From: Kiritimatiella glycovorans
GTDB lineage: Bacteria > Verrucomicrobiota > Kiritimatiellia > Kiritimatiellales > Kiritimatiellaceae
Direction of reading: 5' to 3'
Assembly: GCF_001017655.1 (NCBI RefSeq)
Contig: NZ_CP010904.1
Coordinates: 1,950,001-1,982,000 of the forward strand
Length of the DNA: 32,000 nucleotides
Below the pieces are notes generated by a model, which had not been told where the DNA came from, searched no databases, and was given only the letters and a program-made list of their open reading frames with translations. Position 1 is the stretch's first letter. Every line of letters starts with the position of its first letter. Position numbers and translations under genes: made by a program. Positions 30,861 through 32,000 of this stretch are shown here, piece by piece.

Positions 30861-31241
30861 TCAGCCGGTCTGACCGACGGATTCGGCGGCCTCCACCCAT
30901 TCGATGAGGGCCATTTCGGATCCGTCGCTCGAGCGGGCTCCGAGCTTGAGGATCCGGGTATACCCGCCGGAGCGATCGGTGAAGCGGGGAGCAAGCTCAT
31001 CGAAGAGCTGTTTAACGGCATCCTCCTGGTGCAGCTCAGACAGCGCGTGGCGGCGGTGCGCCAGCGTGCCCTTTTTGCCCAGCGTCACCATCTTCTCCGC
31101 CACGGGGCGGAGGGCTTTCGCCTTGGTGAGCGTCGTCCGGATCCTGCCGCGCCGGATAAGGTGACACACCTGGTTGGCGAGCAGCTCGTTGCGGTGCGCC
31201 GAGGAGCGCCCCAGTTTTACATTTCTCTTCCGGTGTCTCAT
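30861..31241 (-). CDS. rplQ: 50S ribosomal protein L17
   Basis: 126 aa, MRHRKRNVKLGRSSAHRNELLANQVCHLIRRGRIRTTLTKAKALRPVAEKMVTLGK... is canonical L17. It lies directly downstream of rpoA. Confidence 0.95.
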   Translation of the reverse strand: MRHRKRNVKLGRSSAHRNELLANQVCHLIRRGRIRTTLTKAKALRPVAEKMVTLGKKGTLAHRRHALSELHQEDAVKQLFDELAPRFTDRSGGYTRILKLGARSSDGSEMALIEWVEAAESVGQTG

Positions 31242-31259
31242 GATCGCGGTCCCCTGTCC

Positions 31260-32000
31260 TTATTCTCCGGCATCCTCGCTTTTATGCTGCAGCAGCTCGG
31301 GATCGAACGACATTCCGAGCGAGAGGCCCATTTCGGCGAGCTTGGCCTTGATCTCGTTGAGGGATTTTTTGCCGAAGTTGCGGTACTTCAGCATCTCCGA
31401 TTCCGTCTTGGTCGCGAGTTCGCCGACCGTGGTGATATTGGCGTTGTTGAGGCAGTTCGCCGCGCGCACGCTCAATTCGATCTCGTTGACGCTGATGTTC
31501 AGTTTGCGCCGCAGTTCCTCGCGCTCCTGATCGACCTGCTTCTCGCTTTCCTCGAACTCGATGAAGTCCTTATCGTAGCTTACGAAGACGTCGAGGTGGT
31601 GGCGCAGGATGGCCGACGCCATGGTCAGCGCCTCATCGGGCGTCACGCGTCCGTCCGTCCAGATCTCCAGCACGAGCTTGTCGTAGTCGGTCCGGCGTCC
31701 GACACGGGTATTTTCGTCCATGTACTTGACCCGGCGCACCGGCGAAAAGAGGGCGTCCATCGGGATCAGGCCGATTTCCTGCTCCTCTTTCTTATTCCAT
31801 TCCGCGGCGCAGTACCCGCGGCCGACGCGGACTTCGAGCTCCGCCTGGAAGTGCCCGTCTTCCGCCAGCGTGGCGATCGTGAAATCGGGGTTGAGCACTT
31901 CGCTCATCCCGTCGGTCTGGATATCGCCTGCCGTCACCGGCCCCGGACCTTTCTTATCGATCCGCAGACGGCGCGTTTCGCGGGTGTAGACTTTAAGCAG
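31260..32000 (-). CDS. rpoA: DNA-directed RNA polymerase alpha subunit (C-terminal about 245 aa; the N-terminus lies outside the window)
   Basis: The frame is open to the window edge (..RRLRIDKKGPGPVTAGDIQ..). The alpha-CTD motif is ELSVRAANCLNNANITTVGELATKTESEMLKYRNFGKKSLNEIKAKL. Confidence 0.95.
   Translation of the reverse strand: MLKVYTRETRRLRIDKKGPGPVTAGDIQTDGMSEVLNPDFTIATLAEDGHFQAELEVRVGRGYCAAEWNKKEEQEIGLIPMDALFSPVRRVKYMDENTRVGRRTDYDKLVLEIWTDGRVTPDEALTMASAILRHHLDVFVSYDKDFIEFEESEKQVDQEREELRRKLNISVNEIELSVRAANCLNNANITTVGELATKTESEMLKYRNFGKKSLNEIKAKLAEMGLSLGMSFDPELLQHKSEDAGE

Overview
High-GC (roughly mid-60s %) bacterial chromosomal window. Gene content and style suggest a polysaccharide-degrading PVC-type bacterium (Kiritimatiellota/Verrucomicrobiota/Planctomycetota-like), but that assignment is inference only. 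Order of features: a partial Rrf2 regulator, tRNA-Arg(CCT), and a 4xPAS hybrid histidine kinase. Next comes a slightly lower-GC pair (DUF3592 protein and a secreted hypothetical) and a FemAB/GNAT-like acyltransferase. A long minus-strand sugar-acid block follows: eda, kdgK, TIM-barrel isomerase-like gene, secreted beta-propeller glycoside hydrolase, tctCBA. After that is a tightly coupled four-gene operon (URO-D-like, NRAMP-like, RraA-like aldolase, secreted BNR/sialidase-like) with a divergent regulator that looks like an FCD sensor domain fused to an AraC HTH. The window ends with mnmA, a type IV pilus/T2SS-like block (secretin, PilM-PilN fusion, PilO-like, PilP-like, PilB/GspE ATPase), and rplQ plus partial rpoA. 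I found no recognisable defence system, CRISPR array, prophage or autonomous transposon. The most unusual signals are non-coding or architectural. (1) A mosaic, BIME-like intergenic repeat family of about 0.5 kb, built from long terminal inverted repeats, about 95-nt hairpin units (tandem in one copy, nested in another), a UUCG-capped hairpin, hexamer-periodic arrays and a 9-nt triplet readable as a mini-ORF. It sits just after stop codons in a fixed orientation. (2) A clean 154-bp MITE with a 9-bp target-site duplication in the leader of the secretin operon. (3) An uncharacterised domain of about 125 aa shared by the two secreted glycosidase-like proteins. (4) An NRAMP-fold transporter lacking the DPGN metal site, inside a candidate new catabolic operon. 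Most long ORFs antisense to these genes in the six-frame track are high-GC shadow ORFs and were rejected.
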